From positions 28,708,001 to 28,772,000 of the forward strand of contig NC_087437.1 in the NCBI RefSeq assembly GCF_036321535.1: a stretch of DNA of 64,000 bases. Direction: 5' to 3'. A program made the translations under genes and the position numbers. Shown in pieces: positions 26,380 to 40,160 of the stretch. Below the pieces are notes generated by a model, which was not told the origin of the DNA, ran no database searches, and saw nothing but the letters and a program-made list of their open reading frames with translations. Origin of the DNA: Camelus dromedarius. Lineage: Eukaryota. The stretch's first letter is position 1. Every line of letters starts with the position of its first letter.

Positions 26380-27340
26380 TAGGAGCTGAAAAAGAGAAGG
26401 TCAGGGAAATATGGAATGGAAAGCGCTGAAATACAAAAGGAGAACCATGAAAGTGTGTGGCCACAGAGGGACGAGAGAAGAGGATTCCAGGAAGAATGGA
26501 ATGATGGACTGTGTCAAATAGTTTAAGGATGTCAAACAATATAATGAAAATGGTCGTGTGGAGCAATAGGAGGTGATCAATGGCAAACTTCACCAGGAAG
26601 TTTTAGCAGAGTGGAGGCAGAGCCAGGTAAGAGTCTGTTGAAGGCAGACAGAATGAGAGGATGCAGAAGAAAGAAACTGAAGACACAGGGGCGAGAGATG
26701 CTGATGGAACTCCCTACGTGACCTGAGATAAGCACAAAGACCAGCTAAAGGAGAGGCAGATGCATGAGCCTTGGAGATCAGAACAGAAAACCCTTGGCCA
26801 GCTTTAATTTCTCTGTGAGACGGAAGAGAAGGGTGCTGCCTGAGAACGGAAGTGGGGTATTAGGGACCAGGGACAGCACAGGACAACCAGGCAGCTTGCT
26901 GAAGGTTTTGACTCGCCCTTGTGACTACTTATTATGAACATATAGATAGTTGTCCAGAGAGGGCTACAGTCCAGCTGTGACCGGGCGTCTGGAACAGTGA
27001 CTGTCTGCATGGTGCGGTGGTTTCTCTGGTAGGACTCAGGATCCTAAAATGTTGGATTGTATGTGGATTAGAGTTCAGTAGGTCAAGTGGGTGAGGTGTG
27101 GAAGGGAAATGGCAATGTTAGCAAAAGTGACTAAAACAAAGGAGGAGGAGGAGAGATGTGGTCTCACTGAATATAAAACGACCGGGCCTGGCTGGGGTTC
27201 GGTCAAACAAGAGGAGAGTCAAGTGATGAAGGCTTCTGTGGGAGGAAGAACGGGGTGGGGGTGGGGGTGCGATAAAACCTCTTAGCTCACATTTCATCTA
27301 AGGGGCAAGGTGAGCATGCCCAAGACACGGCTGATGAAAC
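26380..27340 (-). mobile_element. L2 LINE fragments
   Basis: GAGAAGAGGATTCCAGGAAGAATGGAATGATGGACTGTGTCAAATAG...GGAGCAATAGGAGGTGATCAATGGCAAACTT. Confidence 0.65.
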
Positions 27341-29149
27341 ACTGAGAAACTCCCTCTGTATCTCAACCCTGAAAATGTTTAAGTGAATAAATTATTAAGT
27401 ACTAATTTTTCATCCAAATAGAAGCTGTTTTAAACAGGCTTGTTTTCCAGCTGTTTTCAAAATAGCATTAGTATCGAGAGAACTTATAAAGAGTGGTCTG
27501 TCGAAGTTCCTTATTATTTCTTTTTGTATTTTTAGATCATTAATATCACCTTAGCCTGTCTATGCTTTGTTTAGAGGTGATGCAAATTCTCTCCCCCACA
27601 CGAAGAACCACAGTAATAGAAAGCATTTCTTGTAAATTATGATGTCTTTACAGAATCTCCCTGAGAGTAAGGGGAATGAGAAACCACCATGCAAATCTCA
27701 GTGAATGTTTACATTTGTAATTATAAATAGTAATCATAATTTATTTCATTTCTGGACTTGACCGAGGGTAATAGAAGACTATTGGTTTTTCTATTCATGC
27801 AGAGAAAAACAACTCATTTTCAGTCACATCTCTGATCCTCATGTTAATAAATGGTAGAAAGTCAGAAAAGGAAGCAATCTTAATAACTAAATGGAATTAA
27901 CTTATTACCAGTTGTTACATTTTCACGTGTGTGATACATTTTACCCTACTGTTACCTAACTTCTTAAAGAAATCACAAAACTTGAAAAAATTGGAAAGAA
28001 ACGTTGTTAGTGAAGGACAAGGGAAGGGCTTACTTTTTCTTTATTTTCTTCTCGGCCGTTTAAGGCTTGGTATTAGTTGGTTTTTTGTTGTTGTTGTTGT
28101 TGTGGTTGTGGTTGTTGTTGTTGTTGTTAATAGAGATATAGACCCTATAAATAAAACAAAATCCTGAACTTAATGTTTGCTGCAATCGGCCAAGAAAATG
28201 AGACATCTAATTGCTCTGTCTTGAACCTGCTTAAATTCTCTCATCCTTGAGGAAATATTAAGTTAAAGCATCTACCTGGAAAGCTTGAAAGATAATTTGA
28301 GGGGAGAAAAGGCTGGAGGGATCAGAGGAAGTGTTAATGACGGACCCTCTGAGATGGAGCTGGCAGCAGTGCTCTGCTCATTTATCGTGAGCCATGAGGC
28401 TAATGTATGTACACAAGTCTATTAAGCTCTTCTCTCTGTGTCAGGCTCAGCATTTTCCTTTCCATTTTTCTGTCTGGAAATACTATTAGCCAGCTAATGC
28501 ACCTTGCTACAAGAAGCAAGAAAGACTTCAGGGATTTGGGGTATGATGATGCCTGGGATCATTGCACAAATGAATTTTCTGTGCACTTTGCCTAAAGTAA
28601 AATGGTGTAGCCGCCCAAAAGATAACTTTTCATAAATGCTATTTTCAAACTTTTATTTTTCATCTCAATATGTTTATAATAATATAGTTTTAATCATCAG
28701 TTTCCCTATTCAAATTCCAAGGAAAAAGCATAAAAATGAAACAAATGCAGGAAATTGTATCAGAGCTGAAGGAAGTTAGGAGAAATTTAAAAGCCTTCTG
28801 AATAGTCATGTTTACCTTAGAAATATTTAATTCAGCAATATTTTTAAATAAAACTTTCTGAATGGTGCATTCTTCTTACACATTTTCTTTTCTAATCAGT
28901 CTCCAGTGTATGTATCTGGTAACTACCTGGACTGAACCTTGCTCCATGTCATAACTACATTAAGAAAAAGTGATTTTCATTATTTTCTGCTTTCCTGACC
29001 ATTATCCTCCTTGGTACTGCATTATATGCAAATATTATATAAACTTCAATATCTTAATGTCATTCTTGAATTAATGTATTTGAACACTAACTTGTTAGCA
29101 ATTTTTTTCTGGGAAAACCAAGTATTGTGTAAAGTTATATTTAATTTAA

Positions 29150-29233
29150 TTTATTTATTTAATGCTTTTATTGTGGTACGGTTACTGTACAGTAAACTAC
29201 ACATTTCAGATGTACAATTTGATGAATTTTGAT
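29150..29233 (-). mobile_element. L1M extreme 3' end fragment
   Basis: Minus strand reads CAAAATTCATCAAATTGTACATCTGAAATGTGTAGTTTACTGTACAGTAACCGTACCACAATAAAAGCATT plus an A-rich tail. Similar fragments lie at 33675-33745 and 44795-45010 (+). Confidence 0.75.
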
Positions 29234-31595
29234 AGATGGAAAGTTATATTTTAAAGAAAGATTTCTCCAAGTGTCTTTTTCAGCCTTTTCTCTGTGTGGC
29301 TGCCCCATAGCTAGGCTCCTGGCCGCTGACTGTCTGCTGTTGGTCTGATGCAAAGTGTCAGGTCGCTTGCTGGGAGGGCAGTCTGTAGGGGGAACTCTGG
29401 GAAATGACTTTAGGGCTCTAGGATACATGTTCTTGTTTTCTCCCATGTCATCTGTATTTCTCGAGGCCTCCAGGTACAGATCCTCCAGAAAGAAGCACCC
29501 AGCTTCTCCTGAAGAAGCTCTCAGTCTCCTCAGCTCCCTCCTCTCAGCTGCCCTGGGCTCTGAAATTAACCTGTTTTCTGCAGCCAGATTGTGCAAATTG
29601 ATGCTTAAATCACAAGACACAACAGTGTCATTAGAAGGGGTAAAGAATTCCCTCACATTGTAAAATGCTTCCAAAGAAGTCCTTCAGGGTTGTTCAAAAC
29701 ACCAAGAGTATGTTGTTAATATATACATACATACAGGTGCAAGTTTAGAGTTTTTTGTTTTTTGTTTTAACAGACAAGCAGAATTTTGCATGTCTCCCTT
29801 ATCACCATATCTTCAATGTTTCAAAATCCTTTGCTCCCTTTCAAAAAAATTCCCAGTGTTTAGTAACATATTGATACTGAGCACTTTCTACATAAAAACA
29901 TATTCAAGGTAGGACTGAAATACAAGCCAAGACGCAGTCAAGGCCCTGGAGTTCTCTGTTACTCTTGTAACCACTGATAACATCCTTCAATCTGAAGCCT
30001 CCTGGGGCTGAGTTTTAAATGTCTGATGTTATCAGCTGTAACAGGGAAACCAAAACCAGCAATGAGTGCTCAGGTCTTGGAATACCAAAGTGGGAGGGAC
30101 CCAGCCTAGACTATGCTACAAAAATGGAAATACCTCTAAGCTATCAATCCAGATTTGTGTACAAGCAAACATTTGTTGCTAAAATTGTTTACCATTCTTT
30201 TCCATCACCCTCTTCGTGAAAGCAGAGACCTACTTGCCCACCACAGTTTCTGCTGCTTTTTGAAAACATTTCTGGGATGAAAGATGACAAAAAGCAGTGC
30301 GGCAGCCCACTTCTCCAGGAGGAGCTAGTCTCAATGCTGAAGGGGAAACATTCACTAACTTAGGAAAATCAGTCTTTGTTCAGAGAGGGCAGGGAACATC
30401 CAGGGACTTTTCCTGGGACAAGTAAATCAAGCCTTCAGCCAATCAAGGGAACAAAGTTACAAGAAAGGCTCAACAACTTATTAGCACCAAATTAGGACAG
30501 CACTACAGAAAACAGATCATTTTCTCTGGTTGTGGGGCTTTGGAGTAAGTTAATTGGCAGTTCAAATAACAGCTTTGAGAATAACATCAACCTGGACTGT
30601 ATAAGTAGATTTTAATCAACAGAAATTTCTTGTATATTGGACCAAAAAAACCCTACTTTCTTCCTGAGGATAATTAAGAAAAGTGCCATTTTCTATCTAT
30701 TTTTGTTTGGTTCTTTGAAATTATTTAGCTAACCCCTTAGTCCTAAAGTATGGCTATTGGGAATGAAAGGCTATCATAGTCACCCCATATTATTTTTAAT
30801 TTTGTATTAGTGTCGAAGGAGATAAAAGGGGAAGAAAATTTGCACTCATGGAAAAACTGCAAATGGAAATGTGCAAATGACCCTGCTTGGAACTGAAAGC
30901 TGTACTTCCTATGCAATGACCCATATGCTACTAGTCATAACTGGATTCAACTTAGTAAAGTGTTTTGCTCTGAATAAAACAGACATTTTTAACTTGTGTT
31001 TAACAGAAAAGGAGGAAGGAATCTAAATTAAGAAATAATTCTCATGGTAAAGCTATTGATGGTCTTCATTGTAATCCCTCCCAAACAGTTTCTTCCGCTA
31101 CAGCACAGGTTCCGTAATGTAAGTTCAAATGGGATTGGTATAGAAAGAGATGATGTCAATATAACCTGAAAGACTAGAAGGTTCTTATGTGGTTTCCCTC
31201 CAGCATCCTAATGTTTTGTGCTGTGAGTAACAGCAGCAGAATGCCAAGTATACTAAGGAAGCTGAATCCAGCAAGCCATTGAAGAATGTGCTACTGTGCA
31301 TGGCTTCCATTCACGCCACCTTCTCTTGAAGCTGATCATGTGCAAAGGAAACAAAGACAAGATAATGATCCAAGCCATCAATCTAGATCTTTGCTGTAGT
31401 TTGTGCAAAGCCTGCATCTGCTCATCTACCTACAGCTTCTGATGGCAACTTGCTTGTCTCTAAAATTCAGCAGACTTTCTCTTACTCCCATTGATTAGTC
31501 TACCTTCTTCTGTATTTTGGGATAAAGCCCTATAATGACTATAGCATTTATTCATAATAATTTTAACATTAAAAAAAAAAAAAAACTGTGATCTA

Positions 31596-31746
31596 GGAGG
31601 GGAGGGCATAGCTCAGTGGCAGAGCATGTGCTTATTAACATGCAGGAGGTCCTGGATTCAATCCCCAGTATGTCGGTTTAAAAACAAAAACAAAAACACC
31701 TAATTACCTCCCCATCACCAAAATAAATAAATAAAACATAAAAAAA
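31596..31746 (+). mobile_element. tRNA-derived SINE (Vic-1-like)
   Basis: GGGGAGGGCATAGCTCAGTGGCAGAGCATGTG...GAGGTCCTGGATTCAATCCCCAG, then an A-rich segment, CCTAATTACCTCCCC and an A-rich tail. Degenerate TSD AACT(G/C)TGATC. Confidence 0.9.
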
Positions 31747-32184
31747 TAACTCTGATCAATTATTTTAAAGTAGGATTTGTAGTGGTGGTTGTTGTTGCTA
31801 GTGCTCTGACCATGAAGTGGCACAGGTGTTTAGTGATCTGGATTAGTTCTATTTTTTTCCCATAAGCTCTGTAACTTTAAGTATAAAATGCAGCACAGTG
31901 AAAGCTTTTCAGAAATGTACTCTGTACTATGGCAGATACTTAGACTTCTAAAGGCACATTTTCATCAAAATGTAAAACATTAAAATGATGTTTTAATAAT
32001 GTCACGGGTTTGTAAAGGCATTTACAATCTTCAGACTGATTCTGTATGAGGAGTCCTTCACAGGTCAAAAATAGATTTACCTTCTTGATGTGAAATGATC
32101 AGCAAATCTTAATTTCTAATTTGGGTATATATATATTTGTAAAGTGAAATAAAATGAGTTAAGAAGGTACAGTTACTTGAGAGG

Positions 32185-32400
32185 TAATATAGGGTGGCAC
32201 AAGAATGTAGGTTCTGAATCAACACTGATTCATACATCGGCTCTGCTATAACTGGGGCAGGTCATTTAATGCCTCTGTGTTTCAGTTTTCTCATTTGTAA
32301 AATGAAAGTATAACAGTGCTTACCTAATAGGGTTGTTGTGAGGATTCAATGTGTTAAGTAAAGTACTCAGTACATAATAATATATAATAAGTATTATTAT
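32185..32400 (+). mobile_element. MIR SINE
   Basis: Core GGGCAGGTCATTTAATGCCTCTGTGTTTCAGTTTTCTCATTTGTAAAATG. Other MIRs lie at ~2830-2970(-), 24300-24500(+), 34770-34900(-), 45520-45700(+), 47010-47220(-), 49825-50010(+) and 59960-60310(+). Confidence 0.85.
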
Positions 32401-35400
32401 TGCTTTAAAGTACAATTAACTGATCAAATTGTCATACAATACTCTTTTTTTTAAGAGGATAGGAGTTCATTAAGAATAGGATCTGTGTCTCACCTATCTG
32501 CTGTACCTTCAGTAAACTGAACACAAGAACGTTTCAATTAATGATGATTAAATTGCATTTAATTCTTTCATTACTTTTTGTTTCCCTTTGACTAGAAAAT
32601 TTGTTTGAAGATTAATTCTTCCAAAGATAATTACTGTTCTTCCTGTGCAATCTATTCTATTTTTGAAATATTTAAATTTTCAAATTCATTTTAGAACTCT
32701 TTATCTTATCACTGAAATAAAAAAGGGCAACAAATGGGTATCAGATGGTAAAACAAGAGAGTAAAAAAACCTGAAAGATCTGAAGGCAAACAATAGTGAG
32801 ATTTTTGGATGTAGGAGTCTTAGTTCCAAAGAAACAACAGGCTCAACTTTTAAAGGTAGCTCAAATATGATGATTAACAAATAATTTTTGGAGTCAAGCA
32901 TTGCTGGATGCTGAGGAATCAGGAAAAACAAGTCCCCGTACTGAAAAGCTTATGATAGTATAAAAGGGATGAGACACATATATGGTACCTGAAGCCTTTG
33001 AATAACATAGGGTCATAAAGTTTGAATATGAAATTATATAATAGGTGGTTCACCAGATTGGGTTCTAATCTTTAGCCTTTGTAAGCAGCCTCATCTATTA
33101 AAAAAAGAGGTGGTTAGCTTTAAAGTTCCTTCAAACTGTGGAAATCTAGAGCTTAATGTCTATAAATAGATCCTTTAACTTTTATGCTTTGAAATTCAAC
33201 AGCCTTCTCAATTGACAAACGTTCTTCTCACTTCTCATTAAGATATCTTTTCTTACTCATCAAAGAACCAAAAACTCTATGGACTTGGCAACAAGTAGAT
33301 TATTAGTAACATTCAAATGAATGATAGTAGCAAATAGATGTCATAACAAAGCTTCACGAGGAAACTTATGTATATTCTAGATGAGATATCTTAGTTTAAT
33401 TCTCTGTGGATCAGTAAAACATATTTCTTCCTGTTAGTCATGGAATGCAACTATATTCCTACCCCGTGTTAAGGAGAGAATTCTGAATTAATACTTCAGT
33501 ATTCATAATGTTTAAGTAGATCACTTTCCTTAAACTTGAGTGTCTCCAAGTACTTTTCCAAATTGGTTTATGGTTTCTGCTCTTATCCTCTTTAGAGAAT
33601 GGTGTCTCTTACCAGTTCAACATTTCACCCCTCCTGGTAATACTTACGCAACTCTGTAAATATATTTTTTAAAAAATCACTGAATTGCACACTTGAAACA
33701 GGTGAATTTTATGATATATAAATTAAATTGTGATGTCTGTTTAAAAAATAATAAGGGTAAAATATATCAAAGAACTATAAAATTGATCCCTGTTTACAGA
33801 CCAGAGATGCTTACAGCTTTAACATAGGGCCAAAGTCCTATAATCAGCAACCTTGCAAATTTGTCTGTGGATTATTTCTCTCTTTATTACCTTTTATGAA
33901 GTGATTCTTTTCTTGAGATCCTTTATGAAGTGATTTTTAAATAACACTTAGTTAAAAACAAGACCAAATACTTCTAACTAAGAATGATACACTATAGATA
34001 CTGTTTTTCTCACTGTATGATACAGAATTTGTTCTTTTGAAATTATAGACATTTTAGACATGAAATCTAAATCTAAATCTTTATTCACTTTTGATTTTTG
34101 AAAAAAGAAGAGCGCAGACAGTTTTGGATATTATTTGCTTTTTGTTCCATGTCCCAACGAGTGAATGGGATTATATGCCTCTTAATTCCAGCTCTGCTGC
34201 CAACAAGCAGGGTCACCTCAAGTGTGTTTCATAAATTGTAATTTTTCCTACCCATAAAATGACAATAATAAATGTATGGGCCTCAACAACTTGTTGTAAA
34301 TATTATATGAGCCAATACATAGGAAGTCCCTTTGAAGAGTGCCTGGTAGGTAGTAAGTACTTACTAAACTATGATTACTGTATTTTATTTACTAAGATGA
34401 ATCATTTTCTGAGTTCTCTGGTGCATAAGAGCTCTGCGAGAAATCACTTACTCATGGCATTCTGCTCATTTTAGGAACATGTGAAGAAAAAGGCAGGTAC
34501 ATCTGATTCTAATCAGACATGAAAATATAGGCTATGCTCTTTTCATGGGCAAAACTTAGGGTGAAACAGGAATGATTTTGTCTAACAGCTTTTGTTACGT
34601 GATGTGTGAAAGGACCTGGTACAATGAGAGCTGTGTGGGTGGTACTTAGGACAGTAGCATTGTGAGGCTGGTGGTGGTGTCTTCACAAAAGTCGATGAAG
34701 GCCAGAGTACAGAATGTGGTGGGAGGGTGAACCATGTTTTTGAGGAGGGTTGTGATGTGTGGGGTAATGTGCCAGGCGTATTAATTCTAGGACAGTTATG
34801 CCTATTTACAGATGAAGAAACTATGGCCCAGAGATGAGGATATTTGCTCAGACACCGAGCTAGCAAGCAGCAGAGACAGGGCTCAGCTGTCAAAGCAACT
34901 CCTGTTAGACCCACAACACTTTGTCTTTTCCAAGTACCAGTGACAAAATCAGATACATTGAAACACCCAATTCTTTACCGTTTGTGGTAAGTTGCAAACC
35001 ACCAATTCTTACTTCCACCCTGAAAGATTAAATGTGACATCTGGGTACAGCCTGTGTCTCTTCTTTCTTAATTCTGAAAACTTCTCTTCCTTTCACTCTT
35101 GATTTATAGTTCATTTTAATGGGGTTCTCTGCAGCCCACGTTTTCCTGTTTAAATTGTTCCTCTGACAAGTAATAGTGTATAAATGTAATAACAGGTATT
35201 AGTTGTGACAACTGCATTGAAATAATTTTTATGACAAAATTACTTCTAAATTATTTTTTGGTAGTGCATGGATTTGCAGCTTAATATTGTGTAATTTAGA
35301 CAAGGAATTGGATTAGTCTGTCTGTGATTACAAAAACAGTTCGGGGAACTGGAGACATAAGAAAATGATCAAGTTGTTTAATTTAAAGAGGATAAATTAG

Positions 35401-35449
35401 TATGTCCAGAATAGGCTTTTTTCCCTCCTCCACAAAATACCATTTTAAT

Positions 35450-35750
35450 CAACTTACTTCCTAATTCAAAAACTATCAATAATACCCAATCACTTTAAAG
35501 TGCAAACTGTTTATATTGTCCTCAAGTTCATCACGTACTTCCTCAGCCACATCTTCCATAGCTTCCATCAACGACCTCTGTACAATCACCCCACTGTCTG
35601 TCGAGCACACCTGGTATATTTCCACCTTTTTCATTCCATTCACTGTTTTCTTTCATTGCAATTCTCCATATTTCTCTCTGCATCATACTCCTTCAAACTT
35701 CCCCTCCTTCATGAAGAGCTTCCTTGCCATTTCTCCCCTACATACTCACT
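35450..35750 (+). mobile_element. L2 LINE fragment
   Basis: Pyrimidine-rich; CTTCCTAATTCAAAAACTATCAAT...AAAGTGCAAACT...CTCCTTCAAACTTCCCCTCCTTCATGAAGAGCTTCCTTGCCA follows the L2 3' consensus order. Confidence 0.6.
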
Positions 35751-36200
35751 GTAGTTACCACTGATATGATATTAGAGATTATTAGTAAATCCTGTTATTT
35801 ATAGAAAGTGAAAATGAAAATCAGAGAAGTTAGGTGATGTGACATGACAACTTTCTGACTGAGCTCATTTAGAACGAGACTCAGTCTAATTGAGCATGCA
35901 GGTACTGGATGCCTGTGATATGGAAAGCACAATGCTAAGAGCTTCTGGGGTGCAAAGTGAGTAAGATCATCTATAGAGATGAATGATGAAAGACGAATTA
36001 CCTACTTTTGGAACAAGTCACGCTGTATGTAAAATTAAAGTCAAAGGAAAAGTTCGAGATATGACTCTCAAGGACATTTTGCTGAATTTGGGAAAAGATT
36101 GATATCCACATTAAGGAAAGATTTCAATTTAGGTCCATTTGTCAACATGCTTGGGAAGTTCACATCTCTGAGAGTCCTTCCAAATATGCCTAGGGGCCAG

Positions 36201-36593
36201 TGTGATGGTTAATTTTACGTATCAACTTGGCGAGGCCAAAGTACCAAGATATTTGGTCAAATACGGTGGGATGTTGCTTTGAAGGTACTTTTTAGATGAG
36301 ATTATCATTTAAATCAGCAGATTTTGAGTAGATAACTCTCAATAATGTGAGTGGGCCTCATCCAATCAGTTGAAGGTCTTGATAGAGAACTGCCTATAGT
36401 CTGCCGTCGGACTCAAACGGCAGCATCGCTTATTCCCTGGGTCCCAACCTTCCAGCCTGCCCTGCAGATTTTGGACTTGCCAGCCTCCACATAAACCAAT
36501 TCCATCAAATACATTTCTTCCTCTCTCTCTCTCTCTCACAGACACACACACGCCCTTTTGATTCTATTTTTCTCTAGAGAACTCTGACTAACA
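36201..36593 (+). mobile_element. ERVL LTR (MLT2-like)
   Basis: TGTGATGGTTAATTTTACGTATCAACTTGGCGAGGCC ... GGGCCTCATCCAATCAGTTGAAGG ... AGAACTCTGACTAACA. Confidence 0.9.
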
Positions 36594-38489
36594 TAGCTGA
36601 GGCCCCTTTCAGCTCTATCTGCCTGTGACTTATGTATAAAATGGAGTTTCTCATTCAAGTCGGTGGTTTGACCGTGTTTGTACACAAATCTTTGTCTGCA
36701 TTATTTGTCCTTAGTTTGTATCCTTAAAGTGAAATCACTGCATCAAGTGATATGAACATGTTCAAGACCCTTGATACTTACTTGGATTGTATAAAATACC
36801 ATGGGGTTTTGTGGCCTGCTCCCTGCACTTATAATTTTTGAATTTGAATAGCATAGAAGAAATAATTATAGAATGTTTGCAACTTGCATCATCTCATTTC
36901 TTTTACTTTTCTCTTCTTCTCCGTGAGATCCCCCCAACCTTCCATTCTACGCCTTCATGGGTAAGTTGGCAGCAATACTAGTCTATGAATATCAATTTTT
37001 TTTTTCCATAGGCCTTAATCTTCTTGCTCATTGTGGAAAAGAAAACCACTGTCGAAAGCCATTCATATGAGAAATTAGTAACTCCTAAAATACTGCTGGA
37101 GCAAAAGGGAATTTTCTGGCTATATCTGTCGAAGAGTATATCCTTGCAAAAAGTTTAATTCAGTCCTAAACACTGTATTTTCATTTTCACTGAACACTGA
37201 CCTGAATGTGCCATGTTTTTCTCTGAGTCGCTATTATTAGGGCTTGGATTCATTATTCTCCACTAATTTATTCAGCAAATACTTACCTAGTTTATTTGCC
37301 AAGCACTGTTCAGGCACTGAAGATAAGCATGAACAAAATAGAGCAGACATTCTAGTAGGAAGAGGAGAAAGTCACTACCAAACAGACAAAACTTCTAAAA
37401 CTTAAGTTTAAAAAAAAAAGAATGTATACAGAGTACTTTGGAATTACAAAGTAGGGGTGGCTAACAGCTCATTTCTGTTCACTTATTTTGCCTTTGTTAC
37501 AGGGACCATGGAAACATTGGTATGGGTGACCCTTGTGACAAATGGCCATTGAAGGGGCCTGTAGTACAGTTAGGTCTCCCACTCTTCTCTTGAACAGAGT
37601 GGCTTCCCAGAACCCCACTGCTCAGGCTAGAAGATTAGCCCTAAGGATGTCACAAGTAAGCATTCTGGACACAAAACTTTCAGGGAAAAGAGAAATTTTT
37701 TTTCTGTCCTGAAGTATTTTCCCAGAACATGATATTGAATGGTTGCAAATGTGCCCTAATGGACATAATCTGTGTGCAGCTGTTGGATATTTATACTGTT
37801 TATTTCATCACAGCATCTCTGGTCATTTCCTTAAGATAAATTCATAGAAGTAAAATTGCTGGGTCAAAATGAATGCACATTTTTATCATCCTTGACGCAC
37901 ATGGCCAGACTGCACCACCTTATGCTGCCGCCAGCATGCCCGCACACATTCAAGTGGTTGTATTAAAAACCGGATGTCAACCAAAGGGAACCAGGTAAGA
38001 CGAAAAGGCAGATCGCGGCTGTGCAGTCCCACAGGTCTCCCATAGTGGGAATTGTTGCCTTTGGAGAAGACTGTATGTTCAGGTCAGAACTGGCTGTATT
38101 CGTTGTCTCTAAGTCCATGTTCCGATGAAGCGGACTGGTTGTTTAGTGGGCTGTGTGTGGTATTTTACAAGCAAGACTTGGCCCTTCTTCCGGCTCTGGC
38201 CGGTGCTGGCTCGGTCAGCTAAATCCCTTTCTTGGCACACAGCTGCCAAAGTCAGAGACTCTTCCCTTGGAGGTTTCTAGACCTCTATGTTACATGTACA
38301 CACAGCTTAGCAACCCCTCTTTCTTCTGGAGTTACTCTTTTGTTGCAGGCAGCAGAGAAGTGATGGTTTCCTGTTCTAGTCTTTCATGGAGGCTCTGGAA
38401 GCCTTTCAGTCTTCCCAAAGGAACAAATCATTTCCCTACTTATAGCACTCTAGTGACTCTCTGTGCTATTTAAAATAAAATAAAATTCC

Positions 38490-38950
38490 CCGTGATGGAA
38501 AACATTACTCCCAGGACCTCTCTGACTCTTGCTCAGTATCCTTCAGCCCCACAGATCCTCCTTCTGTCCCTTGAACTTTTCAAACTCATTCTGACCTCAG
38601 GACCTTTGTACTTGTAATTCTTTATCCCTCTTTTCTCAGATCTGTACCTCTGGATTGTATCCATTCTGATACAAATATCTAAAGGTAGTTCCCCTCTATT
38701 ATCACGCTTACCACTCTCTGTTATAATACTCTGCTTTTTAAAATTCTACTCAGTATTTAGCATTATTTGAAATTACATCATTAATTTATTTATTTTTCTT
38801 GTTTATTGTCCGTCTCCTTTTGTTGGAATATCAGCTCCATGAGGGCAGAGGTCTCTTGTGGCTTGTTCATTGCCAAATCCCCCTATGCTCAGAACTGAGC
38901 TAAATATAATAAATATGTGTTGGATGAATGAAGGAAAGAAGTAATAAATT
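38490..38950 (+). mobile_element. L2 LINE 3' end
   Basis: ATCAGCTCCATGAGGGCAGAGG...AAATATGTGTTGGATGAATGAAGG terminus. Confidence 0.8.
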
Positions 38951-39189
38951 AGATGTACTGGTTCTGGGAGGGCAAGACAATCCACTTACCCTCCATTGTG
39001 CTCACACTGACACAGCAAATTCAGCTTTTAGTGAGATGTATGTGTTCAGTCTCATACCCTGTTCCTAGCAGAGCTACATTCAAATGTGCATTAAAAATAT
39101 CTCAATTCTGTATGTCTCATGCCTTCAATTCCTTAAGTGGAGGTGGAAGTTCAGTGATCAGGACTCTTACCCTTACCAACAGAGGTAGT

Positions 39190-40160
39190 TTTAATTTTTT
39201 AATTTAAGTATAGTTGATTTACAATGTTTCAGGCATACAGCAGAGTGATTCAGTTATACATATGTGTATATACACACATATATATTCTTTTTAAGATTCT
39301 TTTCCATTATAGGTTATTATCAGATATTGAATATAGTTCCCTGTGCTTTATAATAGGGTCTTATTGTTTATCTATTTTATATATAGTACTGTGTACCTGT
39401 TAATCTTAAATTCCCAATTTATCCCTCCCCTGACATTTTCCCCTTAGGTAACCATAAGTTTGTTTTCTATCTCTGTAAATTTATTTCTGTTTTGTAAATA
39501 AGTTGATCTTTATTGATTTTTTTAGATTTCACATGTAAGTGATATCATGATATTTGTCTTTCTCTGTCTGACTTACTTCACTAAGTATGATGATCTCTAT
39601 CTAGGTCCACCCATGTTGTTGTAAATGGCATTATTTCACTCTTTTTTATGGCTGAGTAATATTCCATTGTATATACATCTACGTATATGCCACATTTTTT
39701 AATCCACTCATCTGTCAATGGACATTTAGGTTGCTTCCATGTCTTGGCTATTGCAAAAGTGCTGCTGTGAACATTGGGGTGCATGTATCTTTTCCAATTA
39801 GAATTCTCTCCAGGAGTAAAACTGCTGGATCATATGGTAACTCTAGTTTTAGTTCTTTACGGAACTTCCATACTGTTCTCCATAGCGGTTGCACCAAACT
39901 ACACTTCCACCAACAGTGTAGGAGGGTTCCCTTTTATCTACACTGTCTCTAGCATTTACTATTTGTAGATTTTTCGATGATGATTCTTCTGACCAACTGG
40001 GGTGATAGATACCTCACTGTAGTTTTGATTTGCACTTCTCTTAATGATCAGTGATGTCGAGCACCTTTTCATATGCCTGTTGGCCATCTGTATGCTTTGC
40101 AGAAATGTCTATTTAGGTCTTCTGCCCATTTTTGATTTTTGATACTGAGCTGTATAAGCT
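39190..40160 (-). mobile_element. L1 3' end with ORF2 C-terminal remnant
   Basis: Minus-strand ORF contains [21 protein letters not shown]...[17 protein letters not shown], followed by an L1 3' UTR. Possible TSD AACAGAGGT at 39178-39186 and 40161-40169. Confidence 0.92.

Noticed and set aside
9783..31746. tRNA genes at 9830-9900, 11626-11700 and 31600-31670
   Set aside because: They have tRNA-like heads but also A-rich tails and TSDs, so they are SINEs. The ORFs MEVLGIEPR... are antisense SINE translations.
35476..35730. Minus-strand frame resembling a decayed acidic protein (…SLMEAMEDVAEEVRDELEDNINSLHF…) with two internal stops
   Set aside because: The sequence follows the L2 3' consensus. 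The purine-rich antisense strand of L2 mimics Glu/Lys-rich coding.
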